From NCBI GenBank assembly GCA_963663865.1, contig OY760686.1:2048001-2112000 (forward strand): a stretch of DNA of 64,000 nt. Direction: 5' to 3'. The notes under the pieces were generated by a model. The model ran no database searches and was not told the DNA's origin. It was given only the letters and a program-made list of their open reading frames with translations. The stretch comes from Spirochaetota bacterium (lineage in GTDB: Bacteria; Spirochaetota; UBA4802; UBA5550). The position numbers and the translations under genes were made by a program. Positions 28,696-38,967 of this stretch are shown piece by piece (position 1 is the stretch's first letter; every line of letters begins with the position of its first letter).

Positions 28696-30074
28696 TGTAC
28701 GGAAAACTCCTGCAACCGGAAATCGTCGAGCTCATCGACATGAAAGATTTTAAAACACTCAAGGAAATCTTTACCGAATGGCATCCAGCCGATCTTGCCG
28801 AGTTGATATCGGATCTTCCAGACAGCGAACAGCTAATAGTATTCCGGTTTCTGCCAAAGAATCTGACGAATACTGTATTTGAGCATCTGCCTGTTGAAAC
28901 ACAAAAAAATATAATTATGTCGATGGGCAAAAAGGACATAACCGGCATCCTTATGGAGCTTTCTCCTGACGACAGAACATGGTTATTTGAAGAACTGCCC
29001 TCTTCAATTGTAAAAAACATGCTCGCACTGCTTACGAAGGAAGAAAGAGAGACAGCAAAAATGCTGCTCGGATATCCCGAAGACAGTGTCGGGCGACTCA
29101 TGACCCCGGAATACATATCCGTTATTGAAAAAATGACCGTGGCTCAGGTTCTGAAAAAAATCCGCCTTGAAGGTCACGAAAGCGAAACAATCGAAATGCT
29201 CTATGTCGTCGACGAAAAAGGCAGGCTTCTTGATGAAATCAGCATCAGACAGCTTCTCCTTGCCTCTCCCAGCACAAGAATCAAGAGCATGATGGATCGC
29301 CGTTACGGCTTTCTCAGGGCCACTGACGATCAGGAAATCGCCATTGAGATATTTAAAAAATACGATACATATTCACTGCCGGTTATCGACACTGAAGGTT
29401 TTTTAATCGGCATTGTTACTATTGACGACATTCTGAGCGTTGCTGAAGAAGAAACAACTGAGGACATTCACAAACTTGGAGGTATGAACGCGCTTGATGA
29501 ATCATACCTCAAGTCATCTGTGTTCACATTGATAAAAAAAAGAGCCGTATGGCTTATCTTCCTATTTATAGGCGGAACCTTTACAGCCTCAGCGATGGGA
29601 TTTTTCGAAGACGCAATTTCAGCAGCGGTTGTACTGACCATGTTCGTTCCGCTGATAATTGCCAGCGGAGGGAATTCGGGTTCACAGGCAACCTCTCTCA
29701 TTATACGAAGCCTTGCCATTGGGGAGCTCACAATCAGCGATTGGTGGGAAATAATGAAAAGAGAGATTATCTCTGGTCTTGCACTGGGAATACTGCTTGG
29801 CTCAATTGGTTTCGCAAAAATCGCTATTTCTGAAATCTTCACCGGCTTTTACGGCCCTCACTGGTTTTTTATTGGAATAACGATATTTATTTCGCTGATA
29901 GGCATTGTTATGTGGGGCACTCTGGCGGGTTCAATGCTCCCTCTTCTGTTAAAAAGACTTAAACTGGATCCAGCCACCTCTTCGGCACCCTTTGTTGCAA
30001 CCCTTGTAGACGTCACAGGTATAGTAATTTATTTTACAACCGCCCAGCTGCTTCTCAAGGGCAAAATTCTTTGA
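28695..30074 (+). CDS. mgtE: Magnesium transporter MgtE
   Basis: HPADLA, PDDR, YPEDSVGRLMT, CBS pair, GGNSGSQ, DPATSSAPFVATLVDVTG; GTG start after GGAGG. Confidence 0.96.
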   Translation: MYGKLLQPEIVELIDMKDFKTLKEIFTEWHPADLAELISDLPDSEQLIVFRFLPKNLTNTVFEHLPVETQKNIIMSMGKKDITGILMELSPDDRTWLFEELPSSIVKNMLALLTKEERETAKMLLGYPEDSVGRLMTPEYISVIEKMTVAQVLKKIRLEGHESETIEMLYVVDEKGRLLDEISIRQLLLASPSTRIKSMMDRRYGFLRATDDQEIAIEIFKKYDTYSLPVIDTEGFLIGIVTIDDILSVAEEETTEDIHKLGGMNALDESYLKSSVFTLIKKRAVWLIFLFIGGTFTASAMGFFEDAISAAVVLTMFVPLIIASGGNSGSQATSLIIRSLAIGELTISDWWEIMKREIISGLALGILLGSIGFAKIAISEIFTGFYGPHWFFIGITIFISLIGIVMWGTLAGSMLPLLLKRLKLDPATSSAPFVATLVDVTGIVIYFTTAQLLLKGKIL

Positions 30075-30170
30075 TTAGCAATAAAGACCTATTGTTTAAT
30101 CGCAATGGATAATTATTGACTTATAAGACCATTATCATTTACTGATCAAAAAAATTCGGCAGGTACAGAT

Positions 30171-31283
30171 ATGAAAAAAGTTGGATTCGCCGGCTGGCGA
30201 GGCATGGTCGGCTCCGTCCTGATGGATCGGATGAAAAGTGAAAATAATTTCAAGAATATTGACCCCTATTTTTTCAGCACATCACAGGCCGGCATAGACG
30301 GTCCTGATGTTGGAAACGGCTCAAGACCCTTAATCGACGCCTACAATACAGACAGATTATTATCCATGGATATAATAGTGAGCTGTCAGGGGGGCGATTA
30401 TACAAACAGGATTCATCCCGAACTCAGAAATGCGGGCTGGAACGGCTACTGGATTGATGCTGCCTCCGCTCTCAGAATGTCAGAAAAGAGCGTCATCGTG
30501 CTTGATCCTATTAATAGAAACATCATTGACAGGGCCCTCGCAGACGGCATTAAAGACTTCATCGGCGGCAATTGCACAGTATCGCTCATGCTCATGGCAA
30601 TCGGCGGGCTTTTCAAAAAAGGACTGGTCGAGTGGGTTTCTTCTATGACTTATCAGGCCGCATCAGGAGCCGGAGCGAACAACATGAAAGAACTTGTGTC
30701 CCAGATGAAAGCTGTGGGAGACGCCGGCGCTTTATTAGCGGATGACCCGTCATCATCAATTCTTGAACTTGATCGAAAAATCACTGAACTTCTGCGAAGC
30801 GGTACAATGCCTGACGAGTATTTCGGCGCTCCGCTTGCTGCAAGCCTTATCCCCTGGATTGATAAGCCAATGGAAAGCGGTCAGACTAAAGAGGAATGGA
30901 AAGGCATAGCTGAGACAAATAAAATACTCGGCTTTGAAGATAACAGAATACCGATTGACGGCCAATGTGTAAGGATAGGAGCCATGAGGTGCCACAGCCA
31001 GGGATTGACTGTTAAGCTCACGAAAAATATTCCGCTTTCTGAAATCGAGGAAATAATATCGACTTCAAATAGCTGGGTTAAAGTTATTCCCAACACAAAG
31101 GAAGAGACACTGAAAAACCTGTCACCAGCGTCTGTTAGCGGTACTCTGACCGTTCCGGTAGGAAGAATGAGAAAGATGAACTTCGGCCCGGAGTATTTTA
31201 CATGTTTCACGGTGGGCGACCAGCTTCTGTGGGGCGCCGCTGAGCCTGTCAGGAGAATGCTTCAGATAGTACTTGAATCCTAA
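30171..31283 (+). CDS. asd: Aspartate-semialdehyde dehydrogenase (E. coli-like type)
   Basis: [48 protein letters not shown]. Confidence 0.97.
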   Translation: MKKVGFAGWRGMVGSVLMDRMKSENNFKNIDPYFFSTSQAGIDGPDVGNGSRPLIDAYNTDRLLSMDIIVSCQGGDYTNRIHPELRNAGWNGYWIDAASALRMSEKSVIVLDPINRNIIDRALADGIKDFIGGNCTVSLMLMAIGGLFKKGLVEWVSSMTYQAASGAGANNMKELVSQMKAVGDAGALLADDPSSSILELDRKITELLRSGTMPDEYFGAPLAASLIPWIDKPMESGQTKEEWKGIAETNKILGFEDNRIPIDGQCVRIGAMRCHSQGLTVKLTKNIPLSEIEEIISTSNSWVKVIPNTKEETLKNLSPASVSGTLTVPVGRMRKMNFGPEYFTCFTVGDQLLWGAAEPVRRMLQIVLES

Positions 31284-31323
31284 AATACAATACAGATAGA
31301 TCACGTCCCTGATCGGGCGGGAT

Positions 31324-32322
31324 CTATCTGTAAAGCTTTTTGTTATATCCAAATTCGCAAATTCCAATACCGCCCGCCGTATTGCTTTCAAAATCGCAAA
31401 TACCTTCATAAATTCGGTATCCGTTTCCCATATTGTAAACAAAAACTTCGTTAACAGAACATTTCAAAAAGTCCTTTTTCATTCCCGCAGCGCGGAAAGG
31501 GATTAAAAACGTTTTATTTACGGGATTTGCCACCGGAAATCCGGTAAAATCCCCAGAGGATTTGATGGGTCTCACTCTCCCTTTTTTAAAATAATATCCG
31601 GAATGTGTAAAGGAAAGAAAAGAATAGCTTGCGATATTAATATTTACAAAAGCCCCGTCATCCATCAAGGCATGCAGCCTGGTATGCCTGTTCACATCCC
31701 CCCAGACCTGATAACCGTAATTGTGATACCTTATTGAATAAAGGGACAACTCAAAGTGATAATCTTTCGTCTTTACGAAACCGTCTATTGAGCCCGCCTG
31801 TTCATACTTGAGGATATCCCTTTTTGACATTACATGCAGCCATTCAGGGGTCCAATTCTCTTTAGACATGTATCTTGCAGCACACCAGAAATCACTGCTC
31901 GCGTTGCAGTCAATTATACCGGAAGCGGGAGTGAAGGTGAGCTCCATTGTCAAAGACTGTTTCCTTCCGCCGACTGATGCCCTGCCCTTATATCTTACAA
32001 GCCATGTCTTCCCAGGTTCGTTACATTCAAAAACAAGGGGGCCGCTCTGAATATGCGACGGGTCATTAATGCATCTTTCAACACCGGTAATTCTCCCAAG
32101 CTCAGGTATACTGATATCAAACCAGAATTCGGCCGGCGAAGAATCACGAAAGGCAAGACGGGCAATGAGAAAAACTCCGTTTGAGGAAAATCCGGAAAAG
32201 AAAAATGAATCGCAAAACCCGCTCAAGCCGTTAATCTGCTGCCGGGATTCTATAGTTGAATCATCCAAACGCGGTAAAGGCGGTTTTTTTAATTTTATGT
32301 ATGCACTTAAAGTTTTAAGCAT
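31324..32322 (-). CDS. Hypothetical beta-rich protein (possibly AttH/tocopherol-cyclase-like fold)
   Basis: DSFFF, EPGKTW.V.Y.G, YEQAG...G, RYHNYG...W, G.GICE pattern. Confidence 0.6.
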   Translation of the reverse strand: MLKTLSAYIKLKKPPLPRLDDSTIESRQQINGLSGFCDSFFFSGFSSNGVFLIARLAFRDSSPAEFWFDISIPELGRITGVERCINDPSHIQSGPLVFECNEPGKTWLVRYKGRASVGGRKQSLTMELTFTPASGIIDCNASSDFWCAARYMSKENWTPEWLHVMSKRDILKYEQAGSIDGFVKTKDYHFELSLYSIRYHNYGYQVWGDVNRHTRLHALMDDGAFVNINIASYSFLSFTHSGYYFKKGRVRPIKSSGDFTGFPVANPVNKTFLIPFRAAGMKKDFLKCSVNEVFVYNMGNGYRIYEGICDFESNTAGGIGICEFGYNKKLYR

Positions 32323-32592
32323 AATCTTTTTCCCATTTCCGACTGAGACTGGTCTTTTTTTAAACGCACGAATAGAATAATGTCAATAGTTTTTAAAAAA
32401 TACTCATTTTTTTATGTTGACAACATTTTCATGTCCCTCCTGCACACCATTTCACCTCAAAATCAACTAAAACATCACTTAAAATCAAACGAAGTCCTAT
32501 CGTACTCGCGACTTTGGGTCATAAAATTTCCTTGCAAATAGAACAGTTAAATAAATTAATATCCATTAACTTATTTCATACGGGGAAAGAAA

Positions 32593-34350
32593 ATGTACGG
32601 AAATTTTAAAATCATAGAAAACAAAATAATTCTAACATCAAAGGGACGTCTGTGCGAAACCCCCGAAGAGCTTATCAACAGTGAACTCTTCAGGGAAATT
32701 TTATCGCGGTTCACAGCTCATCTCGAAAAGAAAAAGTCAATCCTGTTGAAGATGAAGAAAAATGGACATTTCTCAGACGAAGATATTTCAGTCCTTATCA
32801 AGGTGCTTTTACAGCTCACTAAAAATGAAATCAGTGTTGTTCCGGGGATAGTACCAGATTCAGATGAATATCTCAACAATCCGCAAATGCTGAATGATTT
32901 CGTAGAACAGCTATATAATTTCTGGCGAGACTATGAAAGATATGTAATATGCGATTCTGAAGGAGACTCCCTGCACAAAAGGCCCTACAGAACCTTCAAT
33001 GAAACCATCGACAGGCTGACCAATGTCGTAAGAAAAACCTACAGGGAAGTTCAGGAAAACATATCCGGAACTCATCCAAGAATATACAGGCAAGTCGAGG
33101 CAGGAGCCAAGTTCGGAGCTATATCTGTTCCAAAAAACATCCCTTATCCCTCCGGTTCGTACGAGAAACTCAGGGACATGCCGATTATCAGGCATATCCT
33201 TATGAATCCTCCGCTGATTCTTGACCCGCCAATGAATAAAAGAACCGGTAAGTTTGTTAAGATAAATACCAACCCGCTTGACGTAGTGGAGTTGGATCCT
33301 TCTGACTGGCTGTGCTATCCCGTGAAAGCAGGTGATCTCATTATACATGTTTATTTCCACTACAAGTTTGCCGAGCTTGGTTTCTCGCTCTGCAACCTTT
33401 TTGAAATAGCGGATGAAGAAGACATGAAAAAGAAACCTGACGGTCTTTACCTGTATGGTGTTCCCGGAGGTGCCATTGACAGTCTTTCTGAACTTCCAAC
33501 AGTATTCTATGAAGATGAAGAAAACGGAATTTTCGTCGGTGCGTGCCCTAATGATGCAAAATTCGGCTACTTCGGCTATCTCAAAAAAATGATACTTACT
33601 CTTCATAATTCCAAAAAGATGAAAACAGGCAAGATGCCCTTCCATGGTGCGCTCGTCAGACTTTATCTCGACAACGAAAAAGAGGCGACAATACTCTTTA
33701 TAGGCGACAGCGGCGCAGGAAAATCAGAAACCCTTGAAGCTCTCAGGGCGCTTGAAACCTCAAAAATCCGGGACATCAAGATTATTGCCGATGATATGGG
33801 TTCGCTTGAAATTGCCGGGAACGGCGAGATAATAGGCTACGGCACTGAAACCGGAGCATTCCTCAGGATAGACGACCTCAAAGACGGTTACGCATTCGGG
33901 CAGATTGACAGATCAATTATAATGAACGCGAGCATGGTAAACGCGAGAATCATAATGCCTGTCACTTCATTTGAAAATGTGATAATGGGACACAAGATTG
34001 ATTTTGTTCTTTACGCCAACAACTACGAAGAAATTGACGAGGATCACCCTGTAATTGAAAAATTCGACAGCGCCGAAAAGGCCAGGAGTGTTTTCAGAGA
34101 GGGCACTGTCATGAGCAAAGGCACAACCACCTCAACTGGAATTGTGCACTCATACTATGCAAACGTTTTTGGTCCGCCTCAGTACAAGGAACTGCACGAC
34201 ACCATCGCAGAAAGATATTTCGATGCCATGTTCAAAAAAGGTATCTTCGTCGGACAGATGAGAACAAGACTCGGAATACCAGGTTGGGAAATGAACGGCC
34301 CCGGAGAATCAGCAAAAGCTCTGATTGAGCTCGTCTGCGGAGACAAGTAG
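32593..34350 (+). CDS. Divergent PEP carboxykinase-like P-loop protein
   Basis: GYLKKMILTLHN, PFHGA, GDSGAGKSET (Walker A), IIADD, GTETGAF. Confidence 0.7.
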   Translation: MYGNFKIIENKIILTSKGRLCETPEELINSELFREILSRFTAHLEKKKSILLKMKKNGHFSDEDISVLIKVLLQLTKNEISVVPGIVPDSDEYLNNPQMLNDFVEQLYNFWRDYERYVICDSEGDSLHKRPYRTFNETIDRLTNVVRKTYREVQENISGTHPRIYRQVEAGAKFGAISVPKNIPYPSGSYEKLRDMPIIRHILMNPPLILDPPMNKRTGKFVKINTNPLDVVELDPSDWLCYPVKAGDLIIHVYFHYKFAELGFSLCNLFEIADEEDMKKKPDGLYLYGVPGGAIDSLSELPTVFYEDEENGIFVGACPNDAKFGYFGYLKKMILTLHNSKKMKTGKMPFHGALVRLYLDNEKEATILFIGDSGAGKSETLEALRALETSKIRDIKIIADDMGSLEIAGNGEIIGYGTETGAFLRIDDLKDGYAFGQIDRSIIMNASMVNARIIMPVTSFENVIMGHKIDFVLYANNYEEIDEDHPVIEKFDSAEKARSVFREGTVMSKGTTTSTGIVHSYYANVFGPPQYKELHDTIAERYFDAMFKKGIFVGQMRTRLGIPGWEMNGPGESAKALIELVCGDK

Positions 34351-34986
34351 TTGCCCGAATCAGATCCAATAGAACTTCCGGAACCCCTTCCAGGACGCAT
34401 CAGCAAGGAGTACATCCTTTCAATGCCGATTCTGGAATACGGGGGGCCGATAAAACTTGTCGACAGCGTCGATTCTTTGCAAGAATGCGTTTTGTCGCTC
34501 TCGAAGGCTGACATTCTCGGATTTGATACTGAATCAAGACCCTCATTCAGAAAGGGCGAAAGCCACCCTGTATCCCTTATCCAGCTTGCCGACAGTGAAT
34601 CTGTATATATTATTCAGATCTCAAAAACGGGATTCCGCAGAGAGTTGATCAGGCTTTTTGAGAACCCGCAGATTATCAAAGTTGGTCTTGCTGCTGCTGA
34701 TGACATTGCAAAGCTTAAAGAGCTTCGCAATTTCTGCCCCGAGGGCTTTGTAGATCTATCGGACATCGCCCGCTCCAAAGGCATTGTACAGACAGGTCTC
34801 AGGGCTCTTTCAGTAAGATACCTTAAGCATCGTATTTCCAAAACAACACGCACTACCAACTGGGCAAATCCCGATTTAACAAAAAGACAGCTTATTTACG
34901 CCGCAACAGACGCCTGGATTTGCCTGCAGCTCTATCCCCATGTCAAAAATGATATAAATGATTATCATGAAGAGAGTGGCGAATAG
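34351..34986 (+). CDS. 3'-5' exonuclease (WRN/RNase D-like DEDDy)
   Basis: GFDTESRP, LIQLA, KVG, TNW, YAATDA. Confidence 0.9.
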   Translation: MPESDPIELPEPLPGRISKEYILSMPILEYGGPIKLVDSVDSLQECVLSLSKADILGFDTESRPSFRKGESHPVSLIQLADSESVYIIQISKTGFRRELIRLFENPQIIKVGLAAADDIAKLKELRNFCPEGFVDLSDIARSKGIVQTGLRALSVRYLKHRISKTTRTTNWANPDLTKRQLIYAATDAWICLQLYPHVKNDINDYHEESGE

Positions 34987-35943
34987 CTAAAGGACTATCT
35001 CCATCCCCTCATAGGCGATATCAACCTGCAACGAGCCGTTTTTTGAAGCATTCATCTTCTGATATATTCTGGAATTTGCCAATACGATATCCAACTTCTC
35101 ATCGCTGTAATCCGGATCATGGTGAAAGAGTATCAGCCGTTTAACATTGAATCTGCCGGCAATATCAATCGCGATTGTTGCCGATGAATGGCCCCAGTCA
35201 GTTTTGTTTATTGACTCTTCGAAGGTGTACTGAGCATCAAACAGGACAACATCGGCATCGCTGAAAAGCGGAGAATAATCCATAACGTGCTCGGCCTCAT
35301 CAAGGCTGAACTCACAGTCGCTTGTATAGACAAAGACCTTTCCTTCATGCTCAATTCTGAATGCGTATGCACCGCCCGGATGAGGCATTTTTTTGATATA
35401 AACCGTTAGATCATTTAATTCAAAGTATTCCTCGGGGGTGACAGTAAAATAATTCTTTTCAGCAGGCATAAAGTCCAGTGAAATCGGGAAATGACTCGGC
35501 GAGTGTTGATATTGAAGTCTTTCCATAAGATCAGCGAAAGGTGAGTAAAAGTTAAAGCTGTTCCCTTCAATGTAGAATGGCGCGAAAAATGGTATTCCCT
35601 GTAGATGGTCCCAGTGAGTATGAGTCATAAAAATACTGGCTGTTCCCTCGCCCCGGGCAAAACTGCCCTTCATAAGCTCTTTTCCAAGACGGGCGAGTCC
35701 TGAGCCGCAATCAAGGATAACTTCATCCCCGGAATTCGTTACGACCTCAATGCAGGTGGTATTCCCGCCGTATGTGCTCATGACTGAAAAAGGCAGCGTG
35801 TCAATAAAGGAGTCCACCGCTTCCTCAGAGCTAATATCACCGGGTCTTGCCGCCAGCAAAGCCCTCCTCACCTTCTGTTTTACCGCGTCCCCATTAAGAG
35901 GTGTGGGGATAGAGCCCCTTACTCCCCATAGCTTAATCTTCAT
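34987..35943 (-). CDS. MBL-fold metallo-hydrolase (phosphodiesterase/RNase Z-like)
   Basis: WGVRGSIP, YGGNTTC, THTHWDHLQG, HPGG, WGHS, FHHDP. Confidence 0.9.
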   Translation of the reverse strand: MKIKLWGVRGSIPTPLNGDAVKQKVRRALLAARPGDISSEEAVDSFIDTLPFSVMSTYGGNTTCIEVVTNSGDEVILDCGSGLARLGKELMKGSFARGEGTASIFMTHTHWDHLQGIPFFAPFYIEGNSFNFYSPFADLMERLQYQHSPSHFPISLDFMPAEKNYFTVTPEEYFELNDLTVYIKKMPHPGGAYAFRIEHEGKVFVYTSDCEFSLDEAEHVMDYSPLFSDADVVLFDAQYTFEESINKTDWGHSSATIAIDIAGRFNVKRLILFHHDPDYSDEKLDIVLANSRIYQKMNASKNGSLQVDIAYEGMEIVL

Positions 35944-36126
35944 TATTTTTAATACCCGTTAAGTTACAATATTCGGCGGCTTATTTCGTTAGTCTATTTC
36001 TGAAAGCTCAAGTAGTAAAGTAATTTTTAGAAAGATGCTCTATTCCCTAAAAGAACTTGACACATATATAATCTGTATTTTTCTAACTCAGCACATCAAC
36101 ACAAAAAATATTAACAGGGGAGAAAA

Positions 36127-37341
36127 ATGAAATTCTCAAACAGGATCCTGGATGTAAAGCCTTCGCCTACTCTCGCCGTCACAGCAATGGCAAAAGCAAT
36201 GAAAGCTCAGGGAATTGATATTCTCGATTTCGGCTCTGGTGAGCCTGATTTTGACACTCCGGAATTCATCAAAAAAGCAGCCATTGAAGCTATAAACTCA
36301 GGTAAGACAAAGTACACTCCAGCCGGCGGCATTCCTGACCTGAAAAGAGCTGTAATAGAAAAACTCAAGAGAGACAACAATCTTGACTTTTCGATTGATG
36401 AGATTACAATAAATTGCGGAGGAAAGCATTCATTTTTCAATTTAATGCAGGTACTTCTGCAGCCCGGCGATGAAATACTGATTCCCTCCCCCTACTGGGT
36501 TTCGTACCCGTCAATGGTATCGCTTGCCGACGGAGTACCCGTTGTAATTGACACAAAAGAAGAAACCGGCTTTAAGATTACTCCGAATCAGTTAAAATCC
36601 GCCATTAACCACAGAACCAGGGGAATAGTGATAAACTCGCCGTCAAACCCTACCGGTTCTGCCTACACAAAAGAAGAGCTCCTTCAGCTCGCGGAAGTAC
36701 TGAAAGGCACCGATATCCTCATTCTTTCCGATGACATATACGAGTCAATCGTATATGACGGATTTAAATTTCACAATATTGCGTCTCTTGTCCCTGAGCT
36801 TCAACCTCAAACAATTGTCCTTAATGCTGTGTCAAAGACATATTCAATGACAGGCTGGAGAATTGGATATATCGCCGGACCAAAAGAGATTATTAAACAC
36901 GTCGAAACCCTCCAGAGCCAGTCAACCTCGAATCCAACGTCGATATCACAATGGGCGGCAATTGCGGCAATCTCTGGCGACCAGAGCGTTATCGAAACGA
37001 TGCTGGAAGCCTTTACCAGGCGGAGAAAGATTATCGTTGACGGGCTTAACTCCATTCCAGGATTCTCATGCCGGATGCCGGAAGGAGCATTTTACGCATT
37101 TCCAGGCTTCTCAGATTTACTTAACAATCCCGGCTGGAAGGAAATAGAAGGCCAGTATGAAGGCAGCGACAACTCTTCAAAAGTCTGCTCCTTTCTCCTT
37201 AAGGAAGCAAGGATTGCCGCGGTACCCGGAATAGCTTTCGGTATAGATAATTACATGAGGCTTTCCTTCGCGACATCAGACAGCAACATTACAGAAGGAA
37301 TTTCAAGAATAATGGAAGCAGTTAAAAAGATTTATAAATAG
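36127..37341 (+). CDS. Aspartate aminotransferase (class I PLP enzyme)
   Basis: GEPDFDTP, PYWVSY, NSPSNPTG, SDDIY, SKTYSMTGWRIGY. Confidence 0.93.
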   Translation: MKFSNRILDVKPSPTLAVTAMAKAMKAQGIDILDFGSGEPDFDTPEFIKKAAIEAINSGKTKYTPAGGIPDLKRAVIEKLKRDNNLDFSIDEITINCGGKHSFFNLMQVLLQPGDEILIPSPYWVSYPSMVSLADGVPVVIDTKEETGFKITPNQLKSAINHRTRGIVINSPSNPTGSAYTKEELLQLAEVLKGTDILILSDDIYESIVYDGFKFHNIASLVPELQPQTIVLNAVSKTYSMTGWRIGYIAGPKEIIKHVETLQSQSTSNPTSISQWAAIAAISGDQSVIETMLEAFTRRRKIIVDGLNSIPGFSCRMPEGAFYAFPGFSDLLNNPGWKEIEGQYEGSDNSSKVCSFLLKEARIAAVPGIAFGIDNYMRLSFATSDSNITEGISRIMEAVKKIYK

Positions 37342-37366
37342 TTTCACATTCTGAACAATGACACAT

Positions 37367-37393
37367 AAAAAGCCGGATTTTTTCCGGCTTTTT
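37367..37393. terminator. Bidirectional intrinsic terminator
   Basis: AAAAAGCCGGA-TTTTT-TCCGGCTTTTT between convergent genes. Confidence 0.85.
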
Positions 37394-37997
37394 ATCCAGC
37401 GATCCAGGTGAAAACGCCGACTGAAGCAAGTATTACGCAGAAAAAGACTATTATCCCGGTGATAAATCCTGGTGCAAAATAGATAACAGCCGACTTTCCG
37501 CCTCCAGCCTGGTTCATCTCTGATATTGCCAGAACAGCAATCAATACCGACCAGACATACAGACCAAGTGCAAAAAAATAGTAAAAGAATATCGGGGCAA
37601 ATCCTATTGTGTAAAAAACATATACGGCAGGAAGAAGAAATATTTTAGGAAACATCGCATAATTTATGACCGTTATCAGAGTCATAGTATTGCCTTGATA
37701 TCCCATTACTTGAGAGATAAAATCTCTGACAGAAGAGGCAAAGACAGTCACAAAGATCAGTATGATGCAGCTGAGAATCCAGCCATAGGTTATCTTGTAT
37801 GAAAAAAAAGCTGACTGTTCTTCAAGCAGTGAGGATGAAAGAATCTCGCTTAAAGTATAAAATATGGGCACAGCGAAACTGAAAGCGAACTGCCTCTTGC
37901 GGCTTCTTTCAATGTTTCGAAGCATCGCTCTCGGATCTGTAAGCGCAAAGAGAAAAGAATCCGCCCAATCAATTGAAATGTTTCTTATCGACTTCAT
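37392..37997 (-). CDS. Yip1-family membrane protein
   Basis: L..P N-terminal motif, about 5 TM helices, YA..P and W...L motifs. Confidence 0.65.
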   Translation of the reverse strand: MKSIRNISIDWADSFLFALTDPRAMLRNIERSRKRQFAFSFAVPIFYTLSEILSSSLLEEQSAFFSYKITYGWILSCIILIFVTVFASSVRDFISQVMGYQGNTMTLITVINYAMFPKIFLLPAVYVFYTIGFAPIFFYYFFALGLYVWSVLIAVLAISEMNQAGGGKSAVIYFAPGFITGIIVFFCVILASVGVFTWIAG

Positions 37998-37999
37998 AA

Positions 38000-38947
38000 C
38001 TATCTGTATTCCATGTTATAGTTATCGCTTCGACCAAAAAATAGGGAAGGTATTGAAAAGGCCTGGTAGAGATTATCAAGAGTCATCAAAAACTTCTGTA
38101 TCGGCTGCTGCTCCGCATCATAAACAGGCGCGTCATCAGGCAGCTCAGCCATTTTTTTTGCGGTTGATATCGCATCTTCGAATGTTCCAACCGAGTCGAT
38201 CAATCCCGCTTTGAGGGCCGTCTCGCCGTTCATAACACGGCCGTCGGCGTAAGGCTCAATCGCTGACTGAGCCATATTTCTTCCTAAAGCAACATCAGCG
38301 ATAAACTTTTTGTATGAAGAATCTATCATATCCTGAATAAGTTGCCTTTCAGCGGGAGTCATATCGCGGTGAGAAGACAGGATATCCTTATACTTTCCGC
38401 TTTTTATGACATTCATGGTTATACCGAATTTATCAAAAAGCTGTTTAAGGTTAGGTGAATATGCTATGACTCCAATTGAACCAGTAATTGTTCCATGATT
38501 TGCCGTAATGTGGTTGCAGGCAGCCGCGGCATAATAACCGCCTGAGGCCGCGACATCACCCATGGAAGCGATAATAACTATATTGTCCTTGCGAACTTTC
38601 AGTATCTTCTGAAAGATTTCCTGCGTTGCTGCTACAGATCCGCCAGGGGAGTTAATACGCAGTACAATTGCTTTTATTCTGGAATCTGAAGAAAGCTCAT
38701 TTAACCTTTTTATGACAGCCTCAGCGCCGCCCAGAAAACCGAAAGGATTTGTTTTTACGCCGAACTGTATCGGCCCTTCAAGCCTGACAATTCCAACGCC
38801 TTTTCCCATTGAAGGAAATTTCACTGAAATATGTTTTTCTTCAGTCTTATTCACGGTGAGTCCGATGTTTATTATCGCAAGTACCGATGAAAAGAGCATC
38901 AATAAAAGTATCGAAATTAATATTTTTCGGTTTTTTTCCATATACAC
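38000..38947 (-). CDS. sppA: Signal peptide peptidase SppA (36K type, S49)
   Basis: RINSPGGS, AASGGYY, TGSIGV, KSGKYKD, DGRV. Confidence 0.93.
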   Translation of the reverse strand: MYMEKNRKILISILLLMLFSSVLAIINIGLTVNKTEEKHISVKFPSMGKGVGIVRLEGPIQFGVKTNPFGFLGGAEAVIKRLNELSSDSRIKAIVLRINSPGGSVAATQEIFQKILKVRKDNIVIIASMGDVAASGGYYAAAACNHITANHGTITGSIGVIAYSPNLKQLFDKFGITMNVIKSGKYKDILSSHRDMTPAERQLIQDMIDSSYKKFIADVALGRNMAQSAIEPYADGRVMNGETALKAGLIDSVGTFEDAISTAKKMAELPDDAPVYDAEQQPIQKFLMTLDNLYQAFSIPSLFFGRSDNYNMEYR

Positions 38948-38967
38948 TTACCAGAAGATTTCATATT

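Noticed and set aside
32911-33645. 244-aa antisense ORF (also 1408-1953, 28658-29116, 17276-17740 and similar)
   Set aside because: Fully antisense to well-supported genes, with no motifs; typical codon-bias shadows.
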